Positions 27,537 to 40,815 of a DNA stretch of 64,000 bases are shown in pieces (positions within the stretch are counted from its first letter, which is position 1; every line of letters begins with the position of its first letter). A model generated the notes under the pieces. The model was not told the origin of the DNA. It did not search any database and saw nothing but the letters and a program-made list of their open reading frames with translations. Source of the DNA: the human T2T-CHM13v2.0 reference genome, Homo sapiens; assembly GCF_009914755.1 (NCBI RefSeq), contig NC_060925.1; one strand, given 5' to 3'. The position numbers and the translations under genes were made by a program.

Positions 27537-27759
27537 GCACAGGGTTTTCAATCTTGGCACTATTGACATTTTGGATAGGATAATGTTTGTTGTGGGTTCT
27601 TTCCTGTGCATTGTGAGATGTTTAGCAGCATCCCTGGCCTTTATCAACTAGATGCCAGTAGCAAACCCCCTCCCCACCCCCAGTTGTGACAACCAAACTT
27701 GTCTCTAGACATTGTCTAAGTCCCCTAGGGGCAAAATTGTCCCTGGTTGAGTAACACTG
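27537..27759. mobile_element. MER20 (hAT-Charlie)
   Basis: tcttggcactattgacattttgg...gatgtttagcagcatccctggcct...cagttgtgacaaccaaa...ggggcaaaattgtccctggttgagtaacactg. Confidence 0.9.
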
Positions 27760-28599
27760 ATTTAGCACAAAGGGATAGTAATGTATAGTTAGAGAAACTG
27801 TCATTATTTCAATATCTTCACAAGCAAGCAAAGGAATAGTAGTTCAGTTTTGGCATGGTTAAAAAAATTGCCAAGTTCTTTGAAGGAGTTGACTTGGCTC
27901 ACACTCCAGGTGGTGTTGATAAATCCTAGAAGAATAACACTAGGTAATGCTGATGGTGGGGGACTTTGGCTCTCATAGAACAGGTATCAGAATGTTACGT
28001 CCATATTCCTGAGGGCTCAGTGATGACTACTTTTCCTGAGATTCCCTGAATGATATATACAGACGCAATAATTTCTGATGATTCATTAAAATTACAGCTT
28101 AGTAATATGAAGCACATAAAATATATTTTAAAGCCTACTCATGTTTTACTTTCCCACCTCAAATACCAAGTGAATTTATACATTTTCCATTTTCATTGAT
28201 TTCAATAAACTTGTTAGGCATAGGTTTAGTCATATGGCCAGCTGAACAGCAGGGGGTATGACTGTCTTCATTGACTAGGCAGCTTTGCATAGCTTTTAAA
28301 GTTTATATTCAAAGAATTATGAGGTGATGAATGGAAACTTCAACAAAAGAAAATACTTACCTTGGGAGAAATAAAATAACAAAATGGAAGGTGGATCAGG
28401 ACATCATAAATACTTGTGGATATGCATGAAATGATAAGATATGTCCCTACCTTTGTCACTGATTTCACAGATGCTATCAGAATTTAATACAGGAAATCAT
28501 TTTTTTCTGGCTTAATTTCTTTAAATTATAACATGAACTCGGGATGAATTTTGCATTTTAGCTAGAATAACATATATCGAAACAGGAACTCTGGACTTT

Positions 28600-28830
28600 A
28601 TGAATTCATTTAACAAACACCTCTTAAGTACCTACTTAAGTAATTACTGTGAGTCAGACACTGTGATAGATGCTAGAAACTAATGAGAATAGAGAGTAGT
28701 CAAACCTTATAAGCCAAATAGAGGAAGAGCTATATACAAAGAATATAAGTACAACTAAATGTTGTAAATAGTATACAGTGGGGCCACAGAGAAAGAGGGG
28801 ATTAGTTACACAAGGTAGATACTAGGAAAA
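28600..28830 (-). mobile_element. L2 3' end fragment
   Basis: attcatttaacaaacac...gtacctact...cagacactgtgatagatgctag. Confidence 0.55.
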
Positions 28831-29279
28831 ATGTGGAATTATGTCATACTTCTATCAGCAGTGTGTGCTGTCTCACTGTACCCTGGCCAGCATGAAGTGT
28901 TACCATTTAAAATAAAATTGGTATCTAGTTTTAGTTTGCATTTATGAGCTAGAGATGTCAATTTTAAAATACATATTTATTTTACATTTGTATTTCCTTC
29001 TTTCTGAATTGTGTTTATGCCCTTTAGCCTCATCATTTTAATATGTAATGCCCTCACCCCCTACCTTTCCATCCCTGTATGAGTGTGCGCCCTCGCCTCC
29101 TACCTTCTCATCCCATTTAATGCCTTCAGCCCCTATCTTCCCATCTTATGTATGAGTGTGTACATACATCTATGTGCACACTCACATAGACACACACGTT
29201 TGCTCTGGTAAATGTATCCAAAAGAACCTGACTGCTAAATTTAATGAATTAGTTTCATATCTCACTTAATTAGGCATCT

Positions 29280-29900
29280 TCTAGTACTATCAGTCTGCTC
29301 CCTTGTTTAAAAATTCTCAATCCAGTGCTTCCTCACCAGCTCTGTTTTGGTTCTTATTTTATGTCTCTGACCATTTCTTCTCAGCCTTCATTTGTGGGTT
29401 CTCTTGCTATGTATATCCCTTAACTAATGGTGTTTTTGAGGGCCTTGTCCTTTTTCTGATTCTAGATCATATTCCTGTTTCCTTTTTCATGGTTACTTTT
29501 ACCAACTTCATCCATTCTGGCTTAAACTGTCCACCTATGTGTTGGAGGCTCTCGAATCCTCATTTCATCTTGGAACTCTTTCTTGATTTCTACACTCATG
29601 TGTTTCACTGATTACTGAACAATTCCACAAGAATGTCTCACATGCATGACACTTAGGTGTGAAATCAAAGCAATTCTTATTCATATTTTAAGATTCAGCT
29701 AAAGTACCCCAAACCTAAGAAGAAAATGGACTGCCCTCATTTCTGTCTCTGTAGTACCTTGTATACTCTCAGACTATTCAGCATACTTTTTCTCTTATTT
29801 ACCTTTTCTATTTTCTTTTCTAGACTGTACGATCCTTAAGGCAGCATCAATGTCTTTGTGTACTCAGTGCTTGGCACAGAGTAAATGCTCAATAAATATG
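29280..29900 (+). mobile_element. L2 fragment
   Basis: Pyrimidine-rich L2 body ending ctagactgt...cagtgcttggcacagagtaaatgctcaataaatat. Confidence 0.7.
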
Positions 29901-30369
29901 TGCATCCTTGGTTGTATAAAAAGCATTCAAATGACAGTGATCATCCTATTGTATTAGAACACATGTGGAATAGTATGCTTAGTTAGCTGCTCCAATATCT
30001 GTATATTTAAAAGGATATTAACGAACAGGAGTATAGGAGAGGGACCATGATGGTAGATATCAGACCATGTGCAATACCATCTGTAATGCCCCCAAACAGA
30101 AAGCACCACTGCGTACATTTTGAGGAATTTTCTTCCAGTATTTCCAGTTTCTTTTCTGTGCATTCATTTTTTTTCATAGAAACTATGGTTTTATGTCCTT
30201 ATTTTTACTTGACATTATATCATTACTATTTCACCATTTATTCTTTGAAAATATGATTTTTAATGACATGTTCTATTACGTGGATTATTTAGGATCCACT
30301 TTTTATTTCTTAGAACTTACTAACAATTTATTGTGTGTACTTTTAAAATTTTCTGGAGTTTTCATGCAC

Positions 30370-30915
30370 AGGAACATGTATACACATATATATCTATGTA
30401 TGTATATATACATATATGCATAAATGTATATATACATAAATATCAAAAACATTGTTGAATATTTTTGAATACAAATATTGCTAAAATATATGTTTATATA
30501 CATATACACATACATACATATAAAATATATGTTTATATACATATACATATATAAACATAAAATATATACGTATATACGTTTATATATGTATATATATTTA
30601 TATATGTATATAAACATAAAATATATGGTTACATGCATATATGTATATGCATATACATATATGTGTATGCATATATTTACACACATATACATATTATTTA
30701 TACACATATATATGTACATGTGTGTAAATATATGCATATACATATATATGCATATACATAAATTTACACACATGTACATATATACATATGTATATATATT
30801 TGTATAGGCATATACACATATATGTACCCATATATGTATATAGGTACATAGATACAAACATCTGTATATGTGTCTATATATGCACATGTACATATATCTA
30901 TAGGTATGTATATAA
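30370..30915. repeat. Long degenerate (TA/CA/TG)n low-complexity tract
   Basis: About 540 bp of alternating purine-pyrimidine sequence. Confidence 0.95.
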
Positions 30916-30939
30916 TGGTTAATATGTACTGGAGGCTTT

Positions 30940-31140
30940 ATATACAGTAGATATGATGCTAAATGCATTACAGTTATTATTTCCTTTAGTCTCCGTAAAA
31001 CCCTGGAAAGTAGATATCATCCATTCCCATGTACAAAGGAAGAAACTGAGGCTTAGAAAGATTATGTAAATTATTCAGGGTGATTCAGAGTGGTCTTACA
31101 AACAAGGACGTTCTGCAGCTAGGGTTTGCACTTTGTCTGT
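30940..31140 (-). mobile_element. MIR
   Basis: cccatgtacaaaggaagaaactgaggcttagaaagattatgtaa. Confidence 0.7.
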
Positions 31141-31635
31141 CATGCTCTACTCCACCACCTTACTAACTCTGTCCCTGTATCAGTTCTGTGGTTATCTGAA
31201 GAGTTAAATCAAGGTTCATAACTAAAGACACACACTACTTGTTTACTTACAACATATTGTAACACATTATTCTTAAAACATATACTCTTTGCAGAACGTT
31301 TTACTTCTCTGTTCTCTCTAAAATGGGGTTCTAATAATATTCTAGGAAAAATTATTTTCTCTTCTGAACTTGTTTAGGGCCACAAAGCAAAACTTCTTTT
31401 CTAAAATAAGCAAAACTCACCAAGCCAAGTAAAATATAAAATCTATAAATTTTAAGAGGTTCTTAACTTAAGACAAAATGTGTTGTCATGAATTGAAGTA
31501 ACCTTTTCAAATATTCCTGATAGGAGTTTTTGTAACCTTCTAATGTTAACATTTTCTTTATGTTCAGTTGGTACCCAAGGGGAATTATAAAAATGAAATT
31601 ACATTTTCTTCCGTTTTAAACTTTTTAAAAAATTA

Positions 31636-31754
31636 AATGGAGACGAGGGGTCTCACTATGCTGCTTAGGCTGGTCTCGAACTCCTGGGCTCAAGCAATCC
31701 TCCTGCCTTGGCCTCCCAAAGTGCTGAGATTACAGGCCTGAGCCACCACCTGGC
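31636..31754 (-). mobile_element. FLAM_C-like Alu monomer
   Basis: gggtctcactatgctgcttaggctggtctcgaactcctgggctcaagcaatcctcc. Confidence 0.9.
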
Positions 31755-32087
31755 TGAGAGTATTTTGTTACTCTTATCCCAATTAAAACAATGCCCTTAG
31801 AATATAACTGAGGCAGGCATGAAAGATAACTAATCTACGTGGTGATTTGACTATTCAAATCCAAACAACAGATAAATAGTAAAGTTCAAAATCCCTTGAT
31901 TTGGAATTTTTTATAATTCAGGCAGGATTTGGACCTGGTCTATTTATAGAATAAATTGCAAAAACTTAATTGAGTAATATTAATTATTTTTCTTTGCTTT
32001 TTTGCTATTAAAAAGGTTATATATGCTCATAACCATCATTTCACATTTGAAATTTGGTATCCTATATATTATTGAAAATATTTAAGA

Positions 32088-33082
32088 TTTTTTTATTTTA
32101 AATTGTTATGGGTAGATAATAGATGTATATATATTTATGGAGTACATGTGATGTTTTAATACAGACATACAGTGTATAATGATTACATTGGAGTAATTGG
32201 TATATCTATCATTTCAAATATTTATCATTTTTTTGTGTGTGTTAGAAACATTCCAATTCCAGGGCCAGGGGCAGTGAAATTCCATTTCAATTCCTTATGT
32301 CTGTAATCCTAGCACTTTGGGAGCCCAAGACAGGGAGATCATTTGAGGTCAGGAGTTCCAGACCAGCCTGGGCAACATAGTGAAACCCAGTCTTTACTAA
32401 AAATACAAAAAAATTAGCTGGGTGTGGAATCCCAGCTACTTGAGAGGCTGAGGCAGGAGAATCGCTTGAGCCCAGGAGATGGAAGTTGCACTGAGCAAAG
32501 ATTGCACCACTGCGCCACTGCACTCTAGCCTGGGCAAGAGTGAGACTCCATCTCAAAAAAAAAACCACAAAAAACAACAAAAAAAATTGAAATATTTTGA
32601 TTCCACTTTTATAGTTATTTTAAAATATAAAATAAATTATTGCTGACTGTAGTCACCCTGTTGTGCTACCAAATGCTACCACATACTAGATCTTATTCAT
32701 TCTAACTAATGGTTCATTCCAGTAACCATTCCACTTCATGCCACCATTCCTGCTACCCTTCCCAGTCTTTGGTAACCATCATTCTACTCTCTATCTCAAT
32801 AAGTTCAATTGTTTTAATTTTTAGTTCTCACATATGAGTGAGAACATGCAAAATTTGTTTTGTGTGTGTGTGCCTGGCTTATTTTACTTAACATAGTGTC
32901 CTCCACTTCTATCCATGTTGTTGCAAATGAGAGGATTTTATTCTTTTTTATGGCTGAATAATATTCCGTTGTGTATATGCACCACATTTTCTTTATCCGT
33001 TCATCCATTAATGTACTTGTAAATTAATCCCAAATCTTGGTTCTTGTGAATAGTGCAGCAATAAATGTGGGAGTGCAGATAT
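32088..33082 (-). mobile_element. L1MA 3' end interrupted by an Alu
   Basis: Minus-strand ORF MDERIKKMWCIYTTEYYSAIKKNKILSFATTWIE (L1 ORF2 C-terminus) plus L1MA-type 3'UTR. Confidence 0.9.
32263..32586 (+). mobile_element. Alu (J/old S) with 5' insertion
   Basis: Dimer with A tail; degenerate TSD gaaacattccaattcca / gaaatattttgattcca. Confidence 0.9.
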
Positions 33083-33824
33083 TTCACAGAAAATAATGTT
33101 TTTTAAAGCCTTATTAACCATCCATTCTTTTTATAAAATTTGAACTACCTTTCCCTGAATTAGCACAATTTGGCCAGAGTTTTACTATTAATTAATTCTG
33201 TATTTTTAATATGCTACAATTAAATCCTTTTCCTGATCTTTTAAAGAACACTGTGATGGAAGAAATGGAAGGTGAGATTTTTAAATCTTCAAATTTGCTT
33301 ATGTGATTTTACACCATAGGACAAATGACAGAGTAGTTATCGGTTGCTATACAACCAAATAGTTACTATTTTTACAGTAAAATTCAGATGATTCCCTTGG
33401 ATTTCTTAACTTGCGCTCTGTGGTTTAGGTTGCCAATGTGATCCGAATACTGTGTTCTTTTTAAATATCAAATAGAAACTAAAGCAGCTAAAGTACTCAT
33501 AGATTCATATCTTAAGCAAACATTGCTGATAAGTGAGGCTTTGTTCACTTGATGTTCTTTGGTGAGACAAAGGATTTGGGAAAGATTATTTTTAGTAATT
33601 GGAATGCTCATGAAAACAAAAAATTGTCTGTTGCAATGAAAAGGTGAAAGAAGATTTTACGTGCTGCAAGTTTATTCTCCAAACGTGGTCGGATGCTTAA
33701 ATAGTGTGTGAAACGCTTGTGAGCTTAACTCACTCCTTAAGGAACAAATAACTATATAAGAGCAATCATAACTCCAAGTAATCCTTACTGGTCTATCTTT
33801 TCAGTAGGAATGTCAAGGATTAGA

Positions 33825-34016
33825 GCAATGGCTCACAAATTGCAGTGAGTACATCAGTCACTTGGAAAGCTTGTTAAATATGCAGATTTCTGGGCTCACC
33901 CATAAAGATTCTTTTTTTTGGTAGTTCTGAGGTGTGGTCCAGGAATCTGAGAGTTTAGTAAACATTGCAGAGCTTGTGAGGTGGATGCCTCCAGAGCCAA
34001 ACTTTGCAAAATACCA
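33825..34016. mobile_element. MER5A
   Basis: acatcagtcacttggaaagcttgttaaatatgcagatttctgggctc...ggtccaggaatctg. Confidence 0.75.
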
Positions 34017-34905
34017 AGCAAGTGAATGAAGCCCTGGCTATGGTCTTGGGAAGGACAAAGTTCATTGCTGGAAGAAAGTGAAAATTTTACCTCTACTGAA
34101 GACGCTGCATAAATATGGAAAGCTTTCCCCGAAAGTAATTGAACCATGGGGTCGAAGTTAGAAGGGTCCTTAAAAATCCACTTGACCCTTCTAAATTGTT
34201 GGCTAGTTTATTTTTGAACATTTCTAGTAATGGAAGTTGATTCTGCCCTATGGCCGGCCAACCTCACTTTGCACTGTTCTAACCATTACAATGTTCATCC
34301 ATAGAGTAAGATCAAATTTGTGTCTCACAATCATCTATTTTTTCTAAAGCATAAAACATAACTGTTTCTAGATTTCTAAAGTATTAAGAAGGAAGGAAGA
34401 GGAGTGAAATATTACTTTTAAGTCAAAAGGGAAACTCCAAACATTTTTCTCAAATTAAGGTTGTGCCAATGCTATAAGTTTAAGTGACATTTATGCGAGT
34501 TTAGACTTACATGTTGACAATATTGATTTCATTTAAAATCTAGCTTTCATAATCCAGACTACTACAGAAATTTTTTTTCCGTATCTGTATGATACCTATT
34601 TTCCTTCTCTATCAAATCATAATAAAATGTAGGTAAATAAATACCCTTTCCCAGAATTTATTATATTATTATGGAACTGCTATATTGTTAAGAATGTAAA
34701 AATTAAGGTGACCTAAAACTTAATAAATGCTATTTCCATGCCTTCTTGCACATCCCATGTTCTCTATCGTGAATGTACTTCCCTTCCTTCAGGAAGGCTT
34801 CTTATATTCATTTCATAGAATTTTGGCCATTCTTTTGCCTTCTTTCCCATAGGACTTTTTATTCAACACGATGTTATTATTTTTTGGTCCTCTAATTTTC
34901 CTTGA

Positions 34906-35497
<592 letters not shown>

Positions 35498-37559
35498 TCC
35501 AGTGTTAAATTTCCAACAATGCATGCCCATTAGAATAGAATGGCGTGCTGTGTTAGAAATCTGTGAAATGAGAGGGGAAAAGAATCTACTGGACAACTCA
35601 TCATGTTCTGAAACCGGTAGTAGTAGTAGTAGTAGAATCAAGTACGGCTAGTGTAGTTATGCCAAAGGGGACTGATTTCTGGGGAGGCAGTGTTGGGCTG
35701 AGTGATCTCAGGATCCTGATCTAGGATCCTGATCTAGGATCCAGGGTCATGATGACCACAGGAACCCCCACAAGTTGGGGGTTGAAATGCATGCTTGTTG
35801 AGACAAACTAGTTCAGAGAACACTCATTTCTGTCCTCCCTGAACTTAAGGTGGTTGTTTTTTCCAATATTTGTGAAACCTAAGTAAGGGCCCACAAGGTT
35901 TCTTTGATGGGTACTTCCTCCTTACTTTTGTAGGTGTGTTCATGTTTCTAGCATAGGTATTTTTAAAGCAGTCTCAAAAGCCATGAGTTAAGTATGTTGG
36001 AATGTCTAGCTTTGGTGGAACTTTGTGAACCAAGGTTTTATAGGGCTGCTACCAAAATTGGAGTTTCTACTTCCCAGAAAACATTTTAACTCCTTAAAGC
36101 TTTACTCTCTTATACTAATTTTCTTTCTCTGATAGTAGTTGGCATTTAGTAGATGCTAAATACTTGTTGAAATAAATATAAATTTGCCTCTTTTGAATTT
36201 ATTATACCTTGAATTAATTCAAAATTATTTTTGTAAAATATTCTCTAATAACATGAATTGAAAATGAGGTGATGAAAGCTGTCATCGGACTCATTTCCTG
36301 GGCATTGTAGTCCAACAGCAGGATTATGCGTTTTTCTTTGTACTGCTTCCAAAACATTGTAGAATTATCCAGATCAAGGATTTTTTCTTGGACTTTGGTC
36401 ATCCTTTACTTTCCCAAATCTAATCTTTAGGTATGTGAATGATACCTGCAAAGCTTAACAGATCTTTGTGAAGTAGAAGCCTAGATAATAAGTGCTTTGG
36501 GGAAACATGATGGGTTTTTTTCTTTCAAAAATTTTTTTTTATCTTCTACTATCATAAAACAGATGTGGCATTTAAGAATTCCTTAGATTCAAGCTTTTAG
36601 GCTTTGTAAATTAATTATTATTTTATCCACTTGATTAATATAACAACTTACATAGTAAGCCTCCTTATTTAACTGAGAAAAACTAAAAGCAAAGCTAGAC
36701 AAGCAAAACAGTTAAATTGGTTCCATGAACTATGGGAAACCAGTGCATCACTTTTTAGAATAAGTCATAGGTCAATGGAGAACATCCAAAAATCATTAAT
36801 TGACTGGATCAGGAGCAACAGGGCAGCCAGAACCTCCCTTATGTGAGGTTTTACCTGCTCCCATATTTCTTGAAAGGGAGATAGGAAAAGAAGGAGTGAA
36901 GAACTGGCAAGGAGAAGGTGAAAGGAGGAAAATGGACTTGGTTCAGACTTCATGCTATTTCCTATTCGGAAGAAAGAAACTAAATTCTGCAACTGCCTTT
37001 TGTGTCCTTAGGAGACCTTAGGATATCATGTAGACCTCCAGGAATGAGGTAATGAGGCATAAGATTTCTCTTCTTTAGAATCTTGTTCACATTATGACTG
37101 GAAAATTTTACTTCACACACACCTACACACATACACATCTATGCACATAAATATACATACTCCTATATCTATATGTACAAATGCACACACATTTACACCT
37201 ACATATACATACACAAACATATGTTATTCTCCCCCAATCCCTAATCCCCAAGCCCACAAAGAGTCTTGTTCTTGCCATGCCAAACCATCTTCCCTGCTTA
37301 TAAGAGAAAGGAGAGCAGTTCTTTCTATTGTAGAAATGTGTCTGATACACATTACATTCTGCATCAGCATCATATTTAGTTGTTCTACTAGCTCTAGTAG
37401 ATTTCAAGGCCATGATTTTATATTATTGAATTGTCAGCATTTAAAATATTTAATTCTGCTTCCCTTTCACAATTATCGACTATATTCCCTTGGACTTGGA
37501 ATGATGATATAACTTACAGGACAGGATTTGCCTGTTTGCTTCATCTTGACTCTTAACCC

Positions 37560-37864
37560 TTTTCTTTTTTTTTTTTTTTTTTTTTGAGACAGGGTCTTAC
37601 TCTTACCAGGTTAGAGTGCAGTGGTGCAATCTCGGCTCACTGCAACCTGCGCCTGCAAAGTTCAAGTGATTTTTGTGCCTCAGCCTCCCGAGTAGCTGAG
37701 ATTACAGGTGTGTGCCACCATGCCCAGCTAATTTTTGTATTTTCAGTAGAGACAGGGTTTTGCCATGTTGGCCAGGCTGGTCTCTAACTCCTGGGCTCAA
37801 GTGATCTGCCTGCTTCAGCCTCCCAAAGTGCTGGGATTATAGGAGTGAGCCACTGTGCCGGCGT
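37560..37864 (-). mobile_element. Alu (Jb/Sz-like)
   Basis: Full dimer; flanking ttgactctt repeated on both sides. Confidence 0.93.
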
Positions 37865-37871
37865 TGACTCT

Positions 37872-38201
<330 letters not shown>

Positions 38202-38577
38202 TCTTATTCTTATATTAAACAGAAGCATAAGAAATTGCCATTTTCATAAGTTAAAACTGGTAAAAAAAAAAATAGCAATTTCATATGGTTAAATTCAAAT
38301 ATTACATTAATTTTCATTTAGTGGTATTATTTTGATCACTTATATTATTAAATTTCTTAGATATTTTGTTTCTTTGCCTTAATCATTTCCCCCCGATAAA
38401 AGCTTGGGTTTTTTTTTTTCTAAATATCATCTGTTGTTGATGAAGCCACTAGGTACAGATAAAAGAGGAGGAGATTTATTTCTTAATCTCTGTCTTTTTG
38501 GACAAGGTCTGGATAATCTTTTCCTTCTTGGCCTGTAGCTGCTTCTTAAAGCACTAGTGGCCTCAGCATAGTCATTT

Positions 38578-38985
38578 TATGAGACCATTTTCTGTGGTTT
38601 ATAACAGACCTGAAACTGGGTAATTTATAAAGAAAAGAAATGTATTTCTGACAGTTATGAAACCTGAGAAGTCCAAGGTTGAGAGAGTGCATCTGTTGAG
38701 CGCCTTCTTTCTGGTGGGTACCATGAAGAATCCCGAGCATCACATGGCAATAGGGAGGCATGTGCTAATGCGCTTGCTGTGATCTCTCTTCCTTTTCTTT
38801 GAAAGCCTCCAGCTCCTCCCCCATGATAACTCACTAATTCATTAATCCATGAATGCATTAATCTATTCATGAGGAAAGAGCCCTCATGATCCAGTAACCT
38901 CTTACAGGTCGTACCTTTCAACACTGTCACATTGCGGATTAAGTTTCCAACACATGAAATTTGGGAGACACAGTCCAACTACAGC
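38578..38985 (-). mobile_element. MSTC/MSTD-like MaLR LTR
   Basis: actgggtaatttataaagaaaagaaat...gagaagtccaaggttgag...gagccctcatgatc...aagtttccaacacatgaaatttgggagacaca. Confidence 0.8.
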
Positions 38986-39455
38986 GGTCATCCAGGAGCC
39001 TCTTGTGAACCCTACCTGCTTTTTCAGCCTGGGGAACGTGTTTCATGAGAATCTTGTTTGTAAATATTTGTTCATCTCTTGGTATGTGCCATGTTACCTA
39101 AAGCCATTTGTTTTCTTCAGTCACAAGCTTGCAGATAATGAGCTCATTTTTTTTTTAAATCAGGTTAAAAATTTGCTGATAGAAGTTGGTGTTGGTGATA
39201 TTACCATTTTCTTTGGAGTCTAGCCATACCTTTTTCTTGCTATAGCAAAGGACTCCTTGAGAGTGAGCCTTTTCTAAAACTTGAGTACTTGACCTCTGGG
39301 AACTGCTATTTCATATCTCACGCCTGCCACCCCTATCACTACAATAGGTCCAGTCTCAGGCACCTTTTTCCCAACTAGTTTTAACAGAATATGAAGTGCT
39401 TTGCTGAATCCAGAAAAAGACAGACTATTTTGTGGAATAATAACATCTCTTAGGG

Positions 39456-39987
39456 TGAGATGGCTTATTTTATATGTCAACTTGCTGTGCCACAGTACTC
39501 AGATATGTAGTCACAAATTATTCTGGATATTTCTATAAGGGTGTTTTGGGATGAGATTAATGTTTAAGTTTGTGAACTTTGAGTAAAGCAGATTGCCCTC
39601 CATGATAAAGGTGGCCCATATCTAATCAGTTGTTGGCGTGAATAGAACATATGACTCACCTCCCCTGAGCAAGATGGAATTCTGCAAGTAGCTACTTTTA
39701 TATTTGAACTACAATACTGGCTCCCTCCTAAGTCTTTAGCTTGATGGCCTTTGGACTTGAATTGTAGCACTGGCCCTTCTCTGGGTCTCTACTGGCCCGC
39801 CCTGTAGATTTTGGGCTTTTAGCCTCTATTCTCAGTGAGCCAATTCCTTAAAAATAAATCTCTTTATATATAAAATAAATCTATCTATCTGTCTATCTAT
39901 CTATCTATGGTACACACCACACACACACACACACACACACACATTCTATTAGTTCTGTTCCTCTGACAAACCCTGACTAATAATACA
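39456..39987 (+). mobile_element. MLT2B-like ERVL solo LTR
   Basis: ttttatatgtcaacttg...gagtaaagcagattgccctccat...gtgagccaattcctt; internal (TCTA)n(CA)n; end aaccctgactaataataca. Confidence 0.88.
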
Positions 39988-40329
39988 CAGGGGATGAAAA
40001 CTAATGTTTATTTAGTGCAGGATACGTGTCAGGCATTCTATACATATTAACTCAGAATCCCCTAGACAACTCTCGGGGTAACAGATGCAAAAAGGTTAAG
40101 GAACTTGCCCCAAAGCATCCACTTAATGACAGACCCTGGTTTGAATTAAGGTTTGTATTATTCTAAAGTGTCTTCAACTACATGACCCTGCATGAAAGAA
40201 ATGCATTTGATAAGTGAATACTTCCTGTGTTCTTATAATAACCTAATAACATAAGGAAGCTATAAAACTCTCTTTTGTTAAGGACCATATTACTCTCTCC
40301 TTTTCTCACTTTCTAGCAAACAACTATCT

Positions 40330-40815
40330 TTTTTTGGTGGTGGTGTTGATTAGCATCTATTCTTCTTTCTAGTAGAACTGATTTAGTTGAGGATTTACCT
40401 TTCTCCCATTGTGTATAATTGTGTTAGGAGGGAATTTCAGGCCCACCTCTGCCTGTAACTTTAATGGGTCAGAACAATTCTTTCCCACTTCTTTGAAATG
40501 CTAGTTGGTAAGCTTGTGATTTAAGCTCCACTAATTGGAAAGTTTTCCCCAAGGCTTTGAGGTCTGAGCAAGTGATACAAGGACAGAGAGAACAGCCAAA
40601 AGTCTTTCATGAAAGCAACCGCTATTGCAGCTCTAAGATAGTTATTATCTCCTGCTTCTTTTTCCCTTGTCTTCCAGAGTTCCCTTGGTTTCTTTCCCAT
40701 ATCAATTCTGGTCCCCTAACTTCCTGTCTTCTCTGAGAGGCCCATATCCTTCTAATAGACTCTCTTTTGTTTACAGTAAAGTCAGTTTCTGCTGCTTTTA
40801 AGCAAGGGACATCGT
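40330..40815 (+). mobile_element. Old ERVL LTR (LTR16-like)
   Basis: ccatatccttctaatagactctcttttgttta...gtcagtttctgctgctt 3' end typical of LTR16-type LTRs; directly followed by ERVL internal sequence. Confidence 0.55.

Noticed and set aside
30303-30968. 221-aa minus-strand ORF and overlapping 109-aa ORF
   Set aside because: Translation of a TA/CA low-complexity tract (Y/I/M/C/H-rich); not a gene
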